Origin: an uncultured virus (IMG/VR IMGVR_UViG_3300020395_001275)
Lineage: Duplodnaviria > Heunggongvirae > Uroviricota > Caudoviricetes
Strand: one strand, 5' to 3'
Length of the DNA: 20,000 nt
IMG/VR virus record: IMGVR_UViG_3300020395_001275
This document shows, one piece after another, positions 1 through 7,633 of the stretch. Both the position numbers and the translations under genes were made by a program. Below the pieces are notes generated by a model that searched no databases, was not told where the DNA came from, and saw nothing but the letters and a program-made list of their open reading frames with translations. The number at the start of each line of letters is the position of its first letter. Positions within the stretch are counted from its first letter, which is position 1.

Positions 1-366
1 TGCACCTGCCTTAGCAGATAATATTGCCTGTGATGGTGAGAAGATAAGAGTTACGTTTACCTTGATAGATGGTCTTAACTGTTTGCAAACCCATAGACCC
101 TCTGGTGTACAGGGTACTTTGATCGTTGCATTCTTACCAAACTTATTAGCAAGTCTTCTACCTTCATGGAGCATGATCTCATCATTGCCTACCACTTCCA
201 TGGATACATCTGTGATGCCCATGTCAATTAGTTCTTGGTAAACATCCTCTGGATCTCTACCACTCTTTCGTATGAGGGTGGGGTTGGTTGTGACCCCATC
301 AATTAAACCAGTTTCAAATGCAGAACGTATTACATTTACATCTGCGGAATCAATAAAAATTTTCAT
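1..366 (-). CDS. talC: Transaldolase (TalC/FSA-type), 5' part; continues beyond the window start
   Basis: Manual translation from ATG at 366: MKIFIDSADVNVIRSAFETGLIDGVTTNPTLIRKSGRDP...ATIKVPCTPEGL...VNVTLIFSPSQAILSAKAGA. The GVTTNP, IKVP (Schiff-base Lys) and NVTLIFS motifs are present, and the gene is adjacent to cp12. Confidence 0.96.
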   Translation of the reverse strand, partial: MKIFIDSADVNVIRSAFETGLIDGVTTNPTLIRKSGRDPEDVYQELIDMGITDVSMEVVGNDEIMLHEGRRLANKFGKNATIKVPCTPEGLWVCKQLRPSIKVNVTLIFSPSQAILSAKAGA

Positions 367-369
367 TAG

Positions 370-597
370 TTAGTCGTCATATACTAAACACTCTGGTTCT
401 TCTGGATGCTGATCGCACCATAGTTCCAATGCGTTAGGGTCGTGGTGATCACCACTTTCAATTTCATCTTTGTGATGCTCGACATACTCCTCAAGATCAT
501 GGAGTTCCTCTTTAACATGTCTGCGTGCTGCAGGATTAGTTGTTGGATCTGAGAGGATGTCTTTATCTTTTTCGATATGGTCTTCTATAGTTTTCAT
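370..597 (-). CDS. cp12: CP12 Calvin-cycle inhibitor (Prochlorococcus/cyanophage type)
   Basis: C-terminal LELWCDQHPEEPECLVYDD signature, no N-terminal Cys pair, GGAGG RBS upstream, directly upstream of talC. Confidence 0.95.
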   Translation of the reverse strand: MKTIEDHIEKDKDILSDPTTNPAARRHVKEELHDLEEYVEHHKDEIESGDHHDPNALELWCDQHPEEPECLVYDD

Positions 598-623
598 CGT
601 AGTACCTCCGTTGTGATACAGAA

Positions 624-770
624 CTATTTATCTTCTACATCATATTCTACCACAAGTTTCTTGGATTGGCGACCCATAGAACTTGCTGTGGTGATTTTCT
701 GACAAGAACCACCTAATAATGTAGCGAGTTCTTCTATTCTTTTTATAATACGGTCTTTACTTTCAGTCAT
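624..770 (-). CDS. Small hypothetical protein (48 aa)
   Basis: Manual ORF MTESKDRIIKRIEELATLLGGSCQKITTASSMGRQSKKLVVEYDVEDK; fills the gap and overlaps the upstream gene's stop. Confidence 0.65.
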   Translation of the reverse strand: MTESKDRIIKRIEELATLLGGSCQKITTASSMGRQSKKLVVEYDVEDK

Positions 771-1071
771 TTTCAAAATAGTCTGCTAGTGCACTATCTA
801 TTGCATCATTAGGTTGGGTCATGTTCTGCTCTATCTTTTCTCGCCTAGCATTTCTCATCCAAAAGTATTGCATCATGTGCCAATGATTTGGATCATAGAC
901 ATCTAAGTCACCTCTTACCTCTTCTCTTGGTAATAATACCTCATCAAGTTTTGGACAATAAGTAGGTTTACCATCCAGACGAGGACTGCATGCATGTGCA
1001 GGTGGATCAGTGATCGGTGCTGTGCACGCAACCAGTGTCATCGGTAAGAGTATTAGGATACCACGTATCAT
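763..1071 (-). CDS. Hypothetical protein, possible lipoprotein
   Basis: ORF track 102 aa; hydrophobic N-terminus ending in a lipobox-like LVAC. Confidence 0.6.
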   Translation of the reverse strand: MIRGILILLPMTLVACTAPITDPPAHACSPRLDGKPTYCPKLDEVLLPREEVRGDLDVYDPNHWHMMQYFWMRNARREKIEQNMTQPNDAIDSALADYFEND

Positions 1072-1153
1072 ACATAAAAATCCAATAAATTACTATCGCT
1101 ACAAAGACTAGTAGGATAGCTATCATAATAATTATAGACCATACTACTTCCAT
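1007..1153 (-). CDS. Small membrane hypothetical protein (48 aa)
   Basis: Manual ORF MEVVWSIIIMIAILLVFVAIVIYWIFMYDTWYPN...; one hydrophobic helix. Confidence 0.55.
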   Translation of the reverse strand: MEVVWSIIIMIAILLVFVAIVIYWIFMYDTWYPNTLTDDTGCVHSTDH

Positions 1154-1156
1154 AAG

Positions 1157-1255
1157 TCAAGTTGCGTATGCAACCTGAGGTCCTAGAATAATACTTAGAC
1201 AGATGAAAAACAACCACCAACCTTGAAGTAAATACCTAAACTTAAATACTTTCAT
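1157..1255 (-). CDS. Small membrane hypothetical protein (32 aa)
   Basis: Manual ORF MKVFKFRYLLQGWWLFFICLSIILGPQVAYAT; strong AAGGAGG RBS just upstream. Confidence 0.6.
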   Translation of the reverse strand: MKVFKFRYLLQGWWLFFICLSIILGPQVAYAT

Positions 1256-1258
1256 TAT

Positions 1259-1420
1259 TTATTCCTCCTTGATACATTTGTCAATAAAATGAGGATGTTC
1301 CTTTAGATAGGAAACATCCTCTTTACTGTGTTCTATTGCTGAGTATGCATCCTCTGCGTACTCACAAATTTCTTTTCGATGCATGTCTGCATCATGATAA
1401 CTGATTGTATAGTGTGACAT
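1259..1420 (-). CDS. Small His/Cys-rich protein (53 aa), resembling a conserved Prochlorococcus micro-protein
   Basis: Manual ORF MSHYTISYHDADMHRKEICEYAEDAYSAIEHSKEDVSYLKEHPHFIDKCIKEE; preceded by two TATAAATA boxes. Confidence 0.7.
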   Translation of the reverse strand: MSHYTISYHDADMHRKEICEYAEDAYSAIEHSKEDVSYLKEHPHFIDKCIKEE

Positions 1421-1443
1421 TACGATCTTTCGAGTGTCACTTA

Positions 1444-1470
1444 TATTTATAGCACAAACTGGTATTTATA
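1444..1470 (-). promoter_or_regulatory. Two tandem T4-type late promoter boxes (TATAAATA)
   Basis: Plus-strand tatttata at 1444-1451 and 1463-1470 reads TATAAATA on the minus strand, in the intergenic space before the ORF starting at 1420. Confidence 0.7.
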
Positions 1471-1487
1471 CCTAGTAATGTATGGAC

Positions 1488-1640
1488 TCACTGACGGTTC
1501 TCTTTTGCTCTTCTACGTCTGAAGCGTTCGTCTATACTTTTCTTCCCCCAATACATTCCATACAACCACGCTGTGAATATAGCACCTTCAACCCATCCTA
1601 GAGTTTCCCATGCCCATTGTAAAAATTCCCAGAAGTTCAT
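1488..1640 (-). CDS. Small Trp-rich membrane protein (50 aa)
   Basis: Manual ORF MNFWEFLQWAWETLGWVEGAIFTAWLYGMYWGKKSIDERFRRRRAKENRQ; ATGA overlap with the upstream gene. Confidence 0.6.
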   Translation of the reverse strand: MNFWEFLQWAWETLGWVEGAIFTAWLYGMYWGKKSIDERFRRRRAKENRQ

Positions 1641-1810
1641 AATAGTATTGCTCCAATAACAAATCCTTTAGCAAATGCAAGGCAAAGCATCTGATAATCA
1701 GACAATTTAAACTTGTCTTGTATTTTCTTTGCCATCTTCTTATCCCATTCTTTCACATGATATAAAGCATGTGTAACTGGGTTCATCTTTCCATGATCGT
1801 CACAAGACAT
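1637..1810 (-). CDS. Small hypothetical protein with C-terminal hydrophobic helix
   Basis: ORF track 1637..1852; the likely start is MSCDDH at 1810 (TAATG coupling, GGAG RBS). Confidence 0.65.
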   Translation of the reverse strand: MSCDDHGKMNPVTHALYHVKEWDKKMAKKIQDKFKLSDYQMLCLAFAKGFVIGAILL

Positions 1811-2016
1811 TAGAATTCCTCTCCTTTTAAAAATAGTCTTCGTTGCTCCCACGTCTGACCAGACGTAGAACCCTTACAAGGATTTATACAAGCATCATCT
1901 TTAATATCATTACATAGTAATCCTGCAAGGTCATGAGGACATCCCTCCTTACCTGTAGCCCAATACAGTTGACCAGCTAACCAACGTGATTGGCATACTG
2001 GACACTCTTTAATCAT
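1810..2016 (-). CDS. Cys-rich hypothetical protein (CxxC...C...C), marine cyanobacteria/cyanophage type
   Basis: Likely start MIKECPVCQSRW at 2016; motif DLAGLLCN...CINPCKG. Confidence 0.65.
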   Translation of the reverse strand: MIKECPVCQSRWLAGQLYWATGKEGCPHDLAGLLCNDIKDDACINPCKGSTSGQTWEQRRLFLKGEEF

Positions 2017-2578
2017 GGTATCTCCATATACATTCACCTCGACCCACCTTCTCAGAGTATGCTGATACATTATCCTCTGGTCTGTGGTATGATCGCAACA
2101 TAATATTACCTGCCACGATCAATCTGTCAACTCCCTCCTCTTTTACTGGATCAACACCATGTAATCTCCATGGAGGGAAGGCAAAGATGTCTCCACTCTC
2201 TTGATGTGTGTGGTATATCTTATTTTTATCATCGTCTATGAAGTAGAAGCAACTCTGTTTAGTTGCGTCAATGATATGTGTGAAGGATATGATCTCATTG
2301 CTAGTGAAGTGTGCATGAAGTGGGTGACTATCGGTGTCTGAGTTATACATCTGACACCACAAACTAAAATCATACTGAGATCTCTTGTACATCCCTAAGT
2401 CTGACATCATATCCTTGACGACCCCAGAATAGTAAGGAATTAATAAGTTAGAGAACTTATCTCCCGAATGGAAAGAAGAATAAAATCTAGTCTTGTACAG
2501 ATGATCTTCCGCTATTGCGTGCTTTATTTTATCCTTCAGATCAGAAGGCATTATATAATTTGAATTCCAAATCAACAT
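2009..2578 (-). CDS. Putative 2OG-Fe(II) oxygenase (cupin/DSBH fold)
   Basis: WCQMY...HPLHAH, FPPWRLHGV and R-x-I-V-A-G-N motifs typical of cyanophage 2OG-Fe(II) oxygenases. Confidence 0.75.
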   Translation of the reverse strand: MLIWNSNYIMPSDLKDKIKHAIAEDHLYKTRFYSSFHSGDKFSNLLIPYYSGVVKDMMSDLGMYKRSQYDFSLWCQMYNSDTDSHPLHAHFTSNEIISFTHIIDATKQSCFYFIDDDKNKIYHTHQESGDIFAFPPWRLHGVDPVKEEGVDRLIVAGNIMLRSYHRPEDNVSAYSEKVGRGECIWRYHD

Positions 2579-2622
2579 AAAAATCTAAAGGGCAAAAAAT
2601 TACCCGAATTTTTTTTCCGACT

Positions 2623-2811
2623 TTATGGTAACTGACATTGCGATTCTGGATCCCAACAGTCAGGACACTCCATCTCTTGCTCATAGTTATGGAGCTTACG
2701 GATAGTCTTATCGTATTGATAACCTAGGTTACCATCTTGTGTACGTACTACAGCAGCGTAGTACTCACAGGCATGGATCATACGTTGTATGTCTTTGTTA
2801 TGAAACTGCAT
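2623..2811 (-). CDS. Hypothetical protein
   Basis: ORF track 2623..2826; likely start MQFHNKD at 2811 (TAATG coupling); C-terminal CPDC. Confidence 0.6.
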   Translation of the reverse strand: MQFHNKDIQRMIHACEYYAAVVRTQDGNLGYQYDKTIRKLHNYEQEMECPDCWDPESQCQLP

Positions 2812-3056
2812 TAGTATGTCCCCCACTCACCTTCGCCATCTTCAAAGACATCATAAGGACCATTGAGTTTCTTCTCAAGTTCTCTCTCATCTAGTACCTC
2901 ATTGATAAGATCTTTGAGTTCTATCTTAAGTTCATCAGTAATGATGTTAAGTTTAGGAGGATTAAAGGGAGGGATCTTAGCACGTTGTTCTTCTAAAGTT
3001 AAACCGCCATCACCTTTCCCAGTGTCGTAAGACATTCCCTGTGTATCTATCTTCAT
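2811..3056 (-). CDS. Hypothetical protein
   Basis: ORF track; likely start MKIDTQG at 3056 (ATGA overlap). Confidence 0.6.
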   Translation of the reverse strand: MKIDTQGMSYDTGKGDGGLTLEEQRAKIPPFNPPKLNIITDELKIELKDLINEVLDERELEKKLNGPYDVFEDGEGEWGTY

Positions 3057-3340
3057 ATTCCATTCCAAAATGTATCTGATGGTGTCTGCTGATTTCTTAG
3101 TATCATCCAGATACCTATGTTACATAGGAACCAAAACAGATTGGTCACCCATGCTTGTCTCCAACAGTATCTTCTATTACTCTGAACGATATACATGTGT
3201 CTTTCGTTCAGTGTTGAGTCAACAGTGAGTGGTCTAAACTTCAACCACTGCTCTAGTACTAGTGAGATTATAAATCCAATCCCAAAGATATAGAACATCA
3301 TGTTCAAGAAACCTGCATTAAAAAGTAAAAGATTAATCAT
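3053..3340 (-). CDS. Hypothetical membrane protein (2 predicted TM helices)
   Basis: ORF track; likely start MINLLLF at 3340; two hydrophobic segments. Confidence 0.6.
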   Translation of the reverse strand: MINLLLFNAGFLNMMFYIFGIGFIISLVLEQWLKFRPLTVDSTLNERHMYIVQSNRRYCWRQAWVTNLFWFLCNIGIWMILRNQQTPSDTFWNGI

Positions 3341-3659
3341 GGTTGTGTCGCATTGTATCCCAATCACCACCTTCATGACCATGAGCAATACCTAGCTCAT
3401 GCATACGAGCATGTTCTTTAATCTCATCTCTGAGACCTTTACCTCCAGTACCAAAGGTCATGTATATTCCATAACCTAGAAGTACTAACACACATACTCC
3501 TATGAATACAGCAAACGCTGCACCACCTACTAAGTGAGCATGAGGAATAATATATCCTTTACATGTTTCTACGTCAAATTTTTGCCAAGTACCAGGTAAA
3601 TGATACACAGGAGGGCAAGAGAGAAACAAATCTCTTATCGCTAACATTTCAGTTCCCAT
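3333..3659 (-). CDS. psbN: PsbN-like protein with N- and C-terminal extensions
   Basis: A hydrophobic helix followed by GYGIYMTFGTGGKGLRDEIKEH resembles the PsbN pattern GYALYTAFG-x4-LRDPFEEH; His-rich tail HARMHELGIAHGH. Confidence 0.6.
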   Translation of the reverse strand: MGTEMLAIRDLFLSCPPVYHLPGTWQKFDVETCKGYIIPHAHLVGGAAFAVFIGVCVLVLLGYGIYMTFGTGGKGLRDEIKEHARMHELGIAHGHEGGDWDTMRHNHD

Positions 3660-3661
3660 TA

Positions 3662-4024
3662 TTATCTCCTTGGAATATAGTTGGATGCTTTTTGTATAAG
3701 TGGAAGTAAATCCTCTTCTATCCTAGATCTTACATCATCTATCACGTTAACGTCAAGTCCTAAGAAGGGTGGGATAATACCCAAGACACGTAGTAGTCCG
3801 TCAAGAAAGAGTGCAAGGACAGTGAACCCAAGTATCATAGAGATAACTGTTGCGTCTCTATTATGCTTACGCATTGATTCCTCATCAATTCTTCTTGCTT
3901 CTTCTAGTGCATTCGCAATGAGAGCATCCACCTCTGCCTTAGTGTAACTGTCAGTTCCTAAGGTTGAGAATGGAAACTCAGCAATAAAATTTCTTTTTTC
4001 TGTTTGTGATGTAGGCGATTTCAT
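3662..4024 (-). CDS. Hypothetical membrane protein
   Basis: ORF track 120 aa; one TM segment (VISMILGFTVLALFLDGLLRVLGIIPPF). Confidence 0.7.
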   Translation of the reverse strand: MKSPTSQTEKRNFIAEFPFSTLGTDSYTKAEVDALIANALEEARRIDEESMRKHNRDATVISMILGFTVLALFLDGLLRVLGIIPPFLGLDVNVIDDVRSRIEEDLLPLIQKASNYIPRR

Positions 4025-4197
4025 CTCCCCTCCCTTGATTTGTTTCTAATAGTAATATGATTGCCTTCAATATTAAACTCTAGATAATCTCTATGATCCC
4101 ATTGTAATTTCTCATAGAGTTGGTTTAACTTGTTCATATCATCCCAAAGATCAGTAGGAGTTGGTTCTCCCCAAAATGGATTGTCGTCTGGGTTCAT
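4021..4197 (-). CDS. Small hypothetical protein (58 aa)
   Basis: Manual ORF MNPDDNPFWGEPTPTDLWDDMNKLNQLYEKLQWDHRDYLEFNIEGNHITIRNKSREGR; ATAAATA box at 4204-4210; ATGA overlap with the next gene. Confidence 0.7.
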   Translation of the reverse strand: MNPDDNPFWGEPTPTDLWDDMNKLNQLYEKLQWDHRDYLEFNIEGNHITIRNKSREGR

Positions 4198-4229
4198 TCT
4201 TAATATTTATTTGTACTATTTAATCTCAT

Positions 4230-4258
4230 AAAAAAATGAGGGGAGTATTCCCCTCATT
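4230..4258 (-). terminator. Rho-independent terminator of psbA
   Basis: 10-bp stem AATGAGGGGA/TCCCCTCATT (4235-4244/4249-4258) with a 4-nt loop, followed by a U-run on the minus strand. Confidence 0.85.
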
Positions 4259-4287
4259 ATATCTGAATTTGATAACAGTGTCAACCC

Positions 4288-5370
4288 TTAACCGATTGAT
4301 GGTGCTGTTAAAGCAACTTGAGTACTCTCAGCAGATGCTAAGTCAAGTGGGAAGTTGTGAGCGTTACGCTCGTGCATTACTTCCATACCAAGGTTTGCTC
4401 TGTTTAGGATGTCACCCCATGTAGGAACAACTTTACCGTTAGCATCAACAACTGATTGGTTAAAGTTGAAACCGTTCAAGTTGAATGCCATTGTGCAGAT
4501 ACCCATAGAGGTTAACCATACACATACAACAGGGAAAACTGCTAGGAAGAAGTGAAGACTTCTTGAGTTGTTGAATGAAGCATACTGGAAGATAAGACGA
4601 CCAAAGTAACCGTGTGCAGCTACTATGTTGTATGTTTCTTCTTCTTGTCCAAACTTGTAACCATAGTTCTGAGAAGTAAGACCTGATGTTTCTCTGATAA
4701 GAGAAGATGTTACTAATGAACCATGCATTGCTGAGAATAAAGATCCTCCGAACATACCTGCTACACCTGCCATGTGGAAGGGGTGCATTAATATGTTGTG
4801 CTCTGCTTGGAATACAAACATGAAGTTGAATGTACCTGAGATACCTAGTGGCATACCATCAGAGAAAGATCCCTGACCGAATGGGTATACTAAGAATACA
4901 GCGAATGCAGCAGATACTGGTGCAGAGTATGCAACACAGATCCAAGGACGCATTCCTAATCTGTATGATAGTTCCCACTGTCTTCCCATGTATGCTGAGA
5001 TACCAATAAGGAAGTGGAAGATTACCAACTGATAAGGACCACCATTATACAACCATTCATCAACAGTTGCTGCTTCCCAGATTGGGTAGAAGTGTAGTCC
5101 GATAGCGTTTGATGAAGGAACAACTGCACCAGAGATGATGTTGTTACCATACATGAAAGAACCCGCTACTGGTTCTCTGATCCCGTCGATATCGACAGGA
5201 GGTGCTGCTATGAAAGCAACGATAAAACATGTTGCTGCTGCGAGCAAGCATGGGATCATGAGTACTCCGAACCAACCAACATAGATTCTGTTGTTTGTTG
5301 AAGTTACCCACTCACAGAACTGAGGCCATCCTTGTAATAAGGAGCCTTGCCTTTTTGAGATTGTTGTCAT
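4288..5370 (-). CDS. psbA: Photosystem II D1 protein
   Basis: Unambiguous 360-aa D1 sequence ([34 protein letters not shown]); no intron; Gln at position 130. Confidence 0.99.
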   Translation of the reverse strand: MTTISKRQGSLLQGWPQFCEWVTSTNNRIYVGWFGVLMIPCLLAAATCFIVAFIAAPPVDIDGIREPVAGSFMYGNNIISGAVVPSSNAIGLHFYPIWEAATVDEWLYNGGPYQLVIFHFLIGISAYMGRQWELSYRLGMRPWICVAYSAPVSAAFAVFLVYPFGQGSFSDGMPLGISGTFNFMFVFQAEHNILMHPFHMAGVAGMFGGSLFSAMHGSLVTSSLIRETSGLTSQNYGYKFGQEEETYNIVAAHGYFGRLIFQYASFNNSRSLHFFLAVFPVVCVWLTSMGICTMAFNLNGFNFNQSVVDANGKVVPTWGDILNRANLGMEVMHERNAHNFPLDLASAESTQVALTAPSIG

Positions 5371-5374
5371 GAGG

Positions 5375-5490
5375 ACATTTGAATAGTAGGGCTCAAAGGG
5401 TAGAGCGAAACTATATTTCCACCAATCCCTTCACTGGTGGATATGAGAGACGTACTTTATACTCCCATAGGTCTCGGTTAAACGGGAGTC
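5375..5490 (-). ncRNA. Structured psbA 5' UTR, PhotoRC-II-like cis-regulatory RNA
   Basis: Stem ACUCCC/GGGAGU whose loop GAGAC is complementary to a downstream GUCUC, and stem UCCACCAGU/AUUGGUGGA whose loop GAAGGG is complementary to a downstream CCCUUU. The position upstream of cyanophage psbA matches the described PhotoRC-II motif. Confidence 0.7.
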
Positions 5491-5516
5491 TGTGTCGAAA
5501 ACCGAACACATTACCT

Positions 5517-5546
5517 ATTATATAGGCAATTGTTAAGTTTTGTCAA
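5517..5546 (-). promoter_or_regulatory. Sigma70-type promoter for psbA
   Basis: TTGACA (5541-5546) - 18 nt - TATAAT (5517-5522) on the minus strand. Confidence 0.75.
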
Positions 5547-6177
5547 GCTGGTGGACAGTTTTAAAATTGACATTCCAACTGATGCTGATGCGTTTACTTT
5601 CTGTGCGATTGGTACTGACACCATGCGTTAACCAACCAGGAAATAATATCATGAGACCCACTCTAGGTGGGATGTTAAACCTTTCGTTCAATTGTATCCA
5701 TGCAGGTGTACAACCTGCCTGTGCTACTGGACTTTCAAAGTAGATACTACCATCATCTCCACTCGTCTGATAATAATATACTCCAGATATATCTGCAGTG
5801 GAGTGGTGATGTGCATGAGCATAACTTCCTTTGCGAAACTCATTGATCCATGACTTCCTATTGTATACTAATCTGTCTGGATCATACATGTCTGTGGCAG
5901 GAAACCCAGTGTGTTGACAGTACCTTTCCACTGCACCATTGAGTGCTGAAATGAAAGAGATACATGCTTTCTCCTTCAACCAGTCACCATCAAACTCTCC
6001 TTGACATATGTTATGTCCTAGTTGTTCAGAGAATTTATGTGAACCTGGTTCATTAAATTTTGTTGTTGTTATCCCTAGACTTATCTCATCCTGTATCAAA
6101 TCAATATTAGAACGTGGTTCAAACTGTTCGATATAAATTGGTGTTTGGAATAGGGGTTGTATTGCAAACTGTCCCAT
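5533..6177 (-). CDS. Putative 2OG-Fe(II) oxygenase (TIGR02466-like)
   Basis: SWINEF...AHAHHH...ISGVYY, LFPGWLTHGV and RISISWN motifs; start MGQF at 6177 is coupled to the upstream stop. Confidence 0.85.
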   Translation of the reverse strand: MGQFAIQPLFQTPIYIEQFEPRSNIDLIQDEISLGITTTKFNEPGSHKFSEQLGHNICQGEFDGDWLKEKACISFISALNGAVERYCQHTGFPATDMYDPDRLVYNRKSWINEFRKGSYAHAHHHSTADISGVYYYQTSGDDGSIYFESPVAQAGCTPAWIQLNERFNIPPRVGLMILFPGWLTHGVSTNRTESKRISISWNVNFKTVHQLDKT

Positions 6178-6344
6178 TAACAACTGTGCTCTTCTAATGC
6201 TAGTTCTTGGTCTTCCACAGTAACGTATGTTAAATCTTCTGTGAAGTATGACCTGTATATCCTACTCCATATTACATCAAACTCTTCTTGATTTAAGTCC
6301 TTGAATAGACATTCCTCTTTAAGATAGATGTGATATGTATTCAT
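6177..6344 (-). CDS. Small acidic hypothetical protein (55 aa)
   Basis: Manual ORF MNTYHIYLKEECLFKDLNQEEFDV...EEHSC; ATGA overlap with ho1; GGAGG RBS. Confidence 0.65.
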   Translation of the reverse strand: MNTYHIYLKEECLFKDLNQEEFDVIWSRIYRSYFTEDLTYVTVEDQELALEEHSC

Positions 6345-7036
6345 TTTCCTCCAGTCAATGCACCAAACATGGTTTTAACAAAGACTTTTAATGCTGAGTT
6401 CCATGCATCCTTGGTATCTCCTGATAAACCATCAAACATATACATGTTCAATCGGAATGCATAGTTTGCTTCAGCAATGATGTCATTAATCTCATGACTA
6501 TCTGTGGTCACTAGATCTAATGCTTCTCTATACTTGGTCTTGAATTCTTTCTTGTCCTCTATCTTAGGGAAGTCATAGAAGTGAAGACCCTCACCCTTCG
6601 GTAGATCTAGTGCCTTCTCTGCTATACCTTTCAGTATCTGTCCACCTGATAGATCTCCAAGATACCTAGTGTAATGATGTCCTACTAATAAGTAAGGGTC
6701 TTTGTCTGCAACCTCATGTATTCTCTCAACGTATTGAATACATGCTTCGGATGGTTTGACCTCCATCATCCAGTTAGGACCATAGTAGTATCTGAGATCC
6801 CACTTTAAGAAACTCAAACGATTTAATTCTGTGAAGTAAATAAATCTAAGATACTTATCATGCTTCAACCTCTCCATCTCCTCTTCTAATGCAGAGTAGA
6901 CAAAGTAAAAGTCTTTAATAAGTTCCCTATAATTCTCTTCACTTACGACACCACGAAGAAAAGACCCCACAAACTTAGTGTTCTCTGCTGCTGTGTGAGA
7001 TCTTTTGGTTCCTGTTTTTAATTCTGTTGCTAACAT
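6341..7036 (-). CDS. ho1: Heme oxygenase (ferredoxin-dependent, cyanobacterial type)
   Basis: LKTGTKRSHTAAEN (proximal His), LVGHHYTRYLGDLSGGQIL signature and EANYAFRLNM. Confidence 0.95.
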   Translation of the reverse strand: MLATELKTGTKRSHTAAENTKFVGSFLRGVVSEENYRELIKDFYFVYSALEEEMERLKHDKYLRFIYFTELNRLSFLKWDLRYYYGPNWMMEVKPSEACIQYVERIHEVADKDPYLLVGHHYTRYLGDLSGGQILKGIAEKALDLPKGEGLHFYDFPKIEDKKEFKTKYREALDLVTTDSHEINDIIAEANYAFRLNMYMFDGLSGDTKDAWNSALKVFVKTMFGALTGGK

Positions 7037-7040
7037 AATA

Positions 7041-7250
7041 TTAATCCTTCATCTGAAAATGTTTTTTGATGACTGATACTTGATCTTCATACTTAGCAAT
7101 TATATCCAATTCCTTTTCAATTGATTCTAATATATCAGTATGTTCGCCAACACCTGCGGGGTTGGAAAGGTATACCTCTACATTCATCTTATGTTTCTGG
7201 ATGTCTCCTTGAGCATGTGCTAGGAGTGCTGAGATTATTTGGTTTCTCAT
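7041..7250 (-). CDS. Conserved phage hypothetical protein
   Basis: ORF track 69 aa with NPAGVGEH motif, directly downstream of a strong promoter. Confidence 0.75.
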   Translation of the reverse strand: MRNQIISALLAHAQGDIQKHKMNVEVYLSNPAGVGEHTDILESIEKELDIIAKYEDQVSVIKKHFQMKD

Positions 7251-7273
7251 CTGTAACTGTACACTACGAAAAT

Positions 7274-7302
7274 ATTATACAGTATTTAGAGAGAGTTGTC
7301 AA
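7274..7302 (-). promoter_or_regulatory. Consensus sigma70 promoter with an embedded late box
   Basis: TTGACA (7297-7302) - 17 nt - TATAAT (7274-7279) with TG just upstream of the -10; CTAAATA lies inside the spacer. Confidence 0.8.
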
Positions 7303-7409
7303 TCCTCCATCATATAATACATGGCTGTCATCCACATAATAGTAACCATGCTGACCCCACCAAGGATCATCATTACCATTTGTGCTACGTGGAGATAAGA
7401 GAGGGGCAT
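7299..7409 (-). CDS. Met-rich membrane micro-protein (36 aa)
   Basis: Manual ORF MPLSYLHVAQMVMMILGGVSMVTIMWMTAMYMMMED; TAATG-coupled to the upstream ORF. Confidence 0.5.
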   Translation of the reverse strand: MPLSYLHVAQMVMMILGGVSMVTIMWMTAMYYMMED

Positions 7410-7510
7410 TAGATTAGTCCAAGAGATCCACAGGTGATCCCTACAGTTAAAAAGAATATAAACTCAAACACAGACATGTAGCCTGCGTTCTCTAGTAAAA
7501 ATTGAGTCAT
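7409..7510 (-). CDS. Membrane micro-protein (33 aa)
   Basis: Manual ORF MTQFLLENAGYMSVFEFIFFLTVGITCGSLGLI; GAGGAG RBS upstream. Confidence 0.65.
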   Translation of the reverse strand: MTQFLLENAGYMSVFEFIFFLTVGITCGSLGLI

Positions 7511-7536
7511 TTATGCTTGTGCTCCTCAGCGTATGT

Positions 7537-7611
7537 TTATGCAAATGCGATGTTACCAACACCTGTTACGATGTAAAGTGCAACAACTGATGTAAATAGA
7601 ATGTGATACAT
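7537..7611 (-). CDS. Membrane micro-protein (24 aa)
   Basis: Manual ORF MYHILFTSVVALYIVTGVGNIAFA; first ORF after the promoter at 7634-7662. Confidence 0.5.
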   Translation of the reverse strand: MYHILFTSVVALYIVTGVGNIAFA

Positions 7612-7633
7612 GATAGGTAAAAATACTTACAGT

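Noticed and set aside
4288..5370. Group I intron in psbA, or an adjacent psbD
   Set aside because: psbA is an uninterrupted 360-codon ORF and no D2 sequence is present in the window; nrdB is also uninterrupted.
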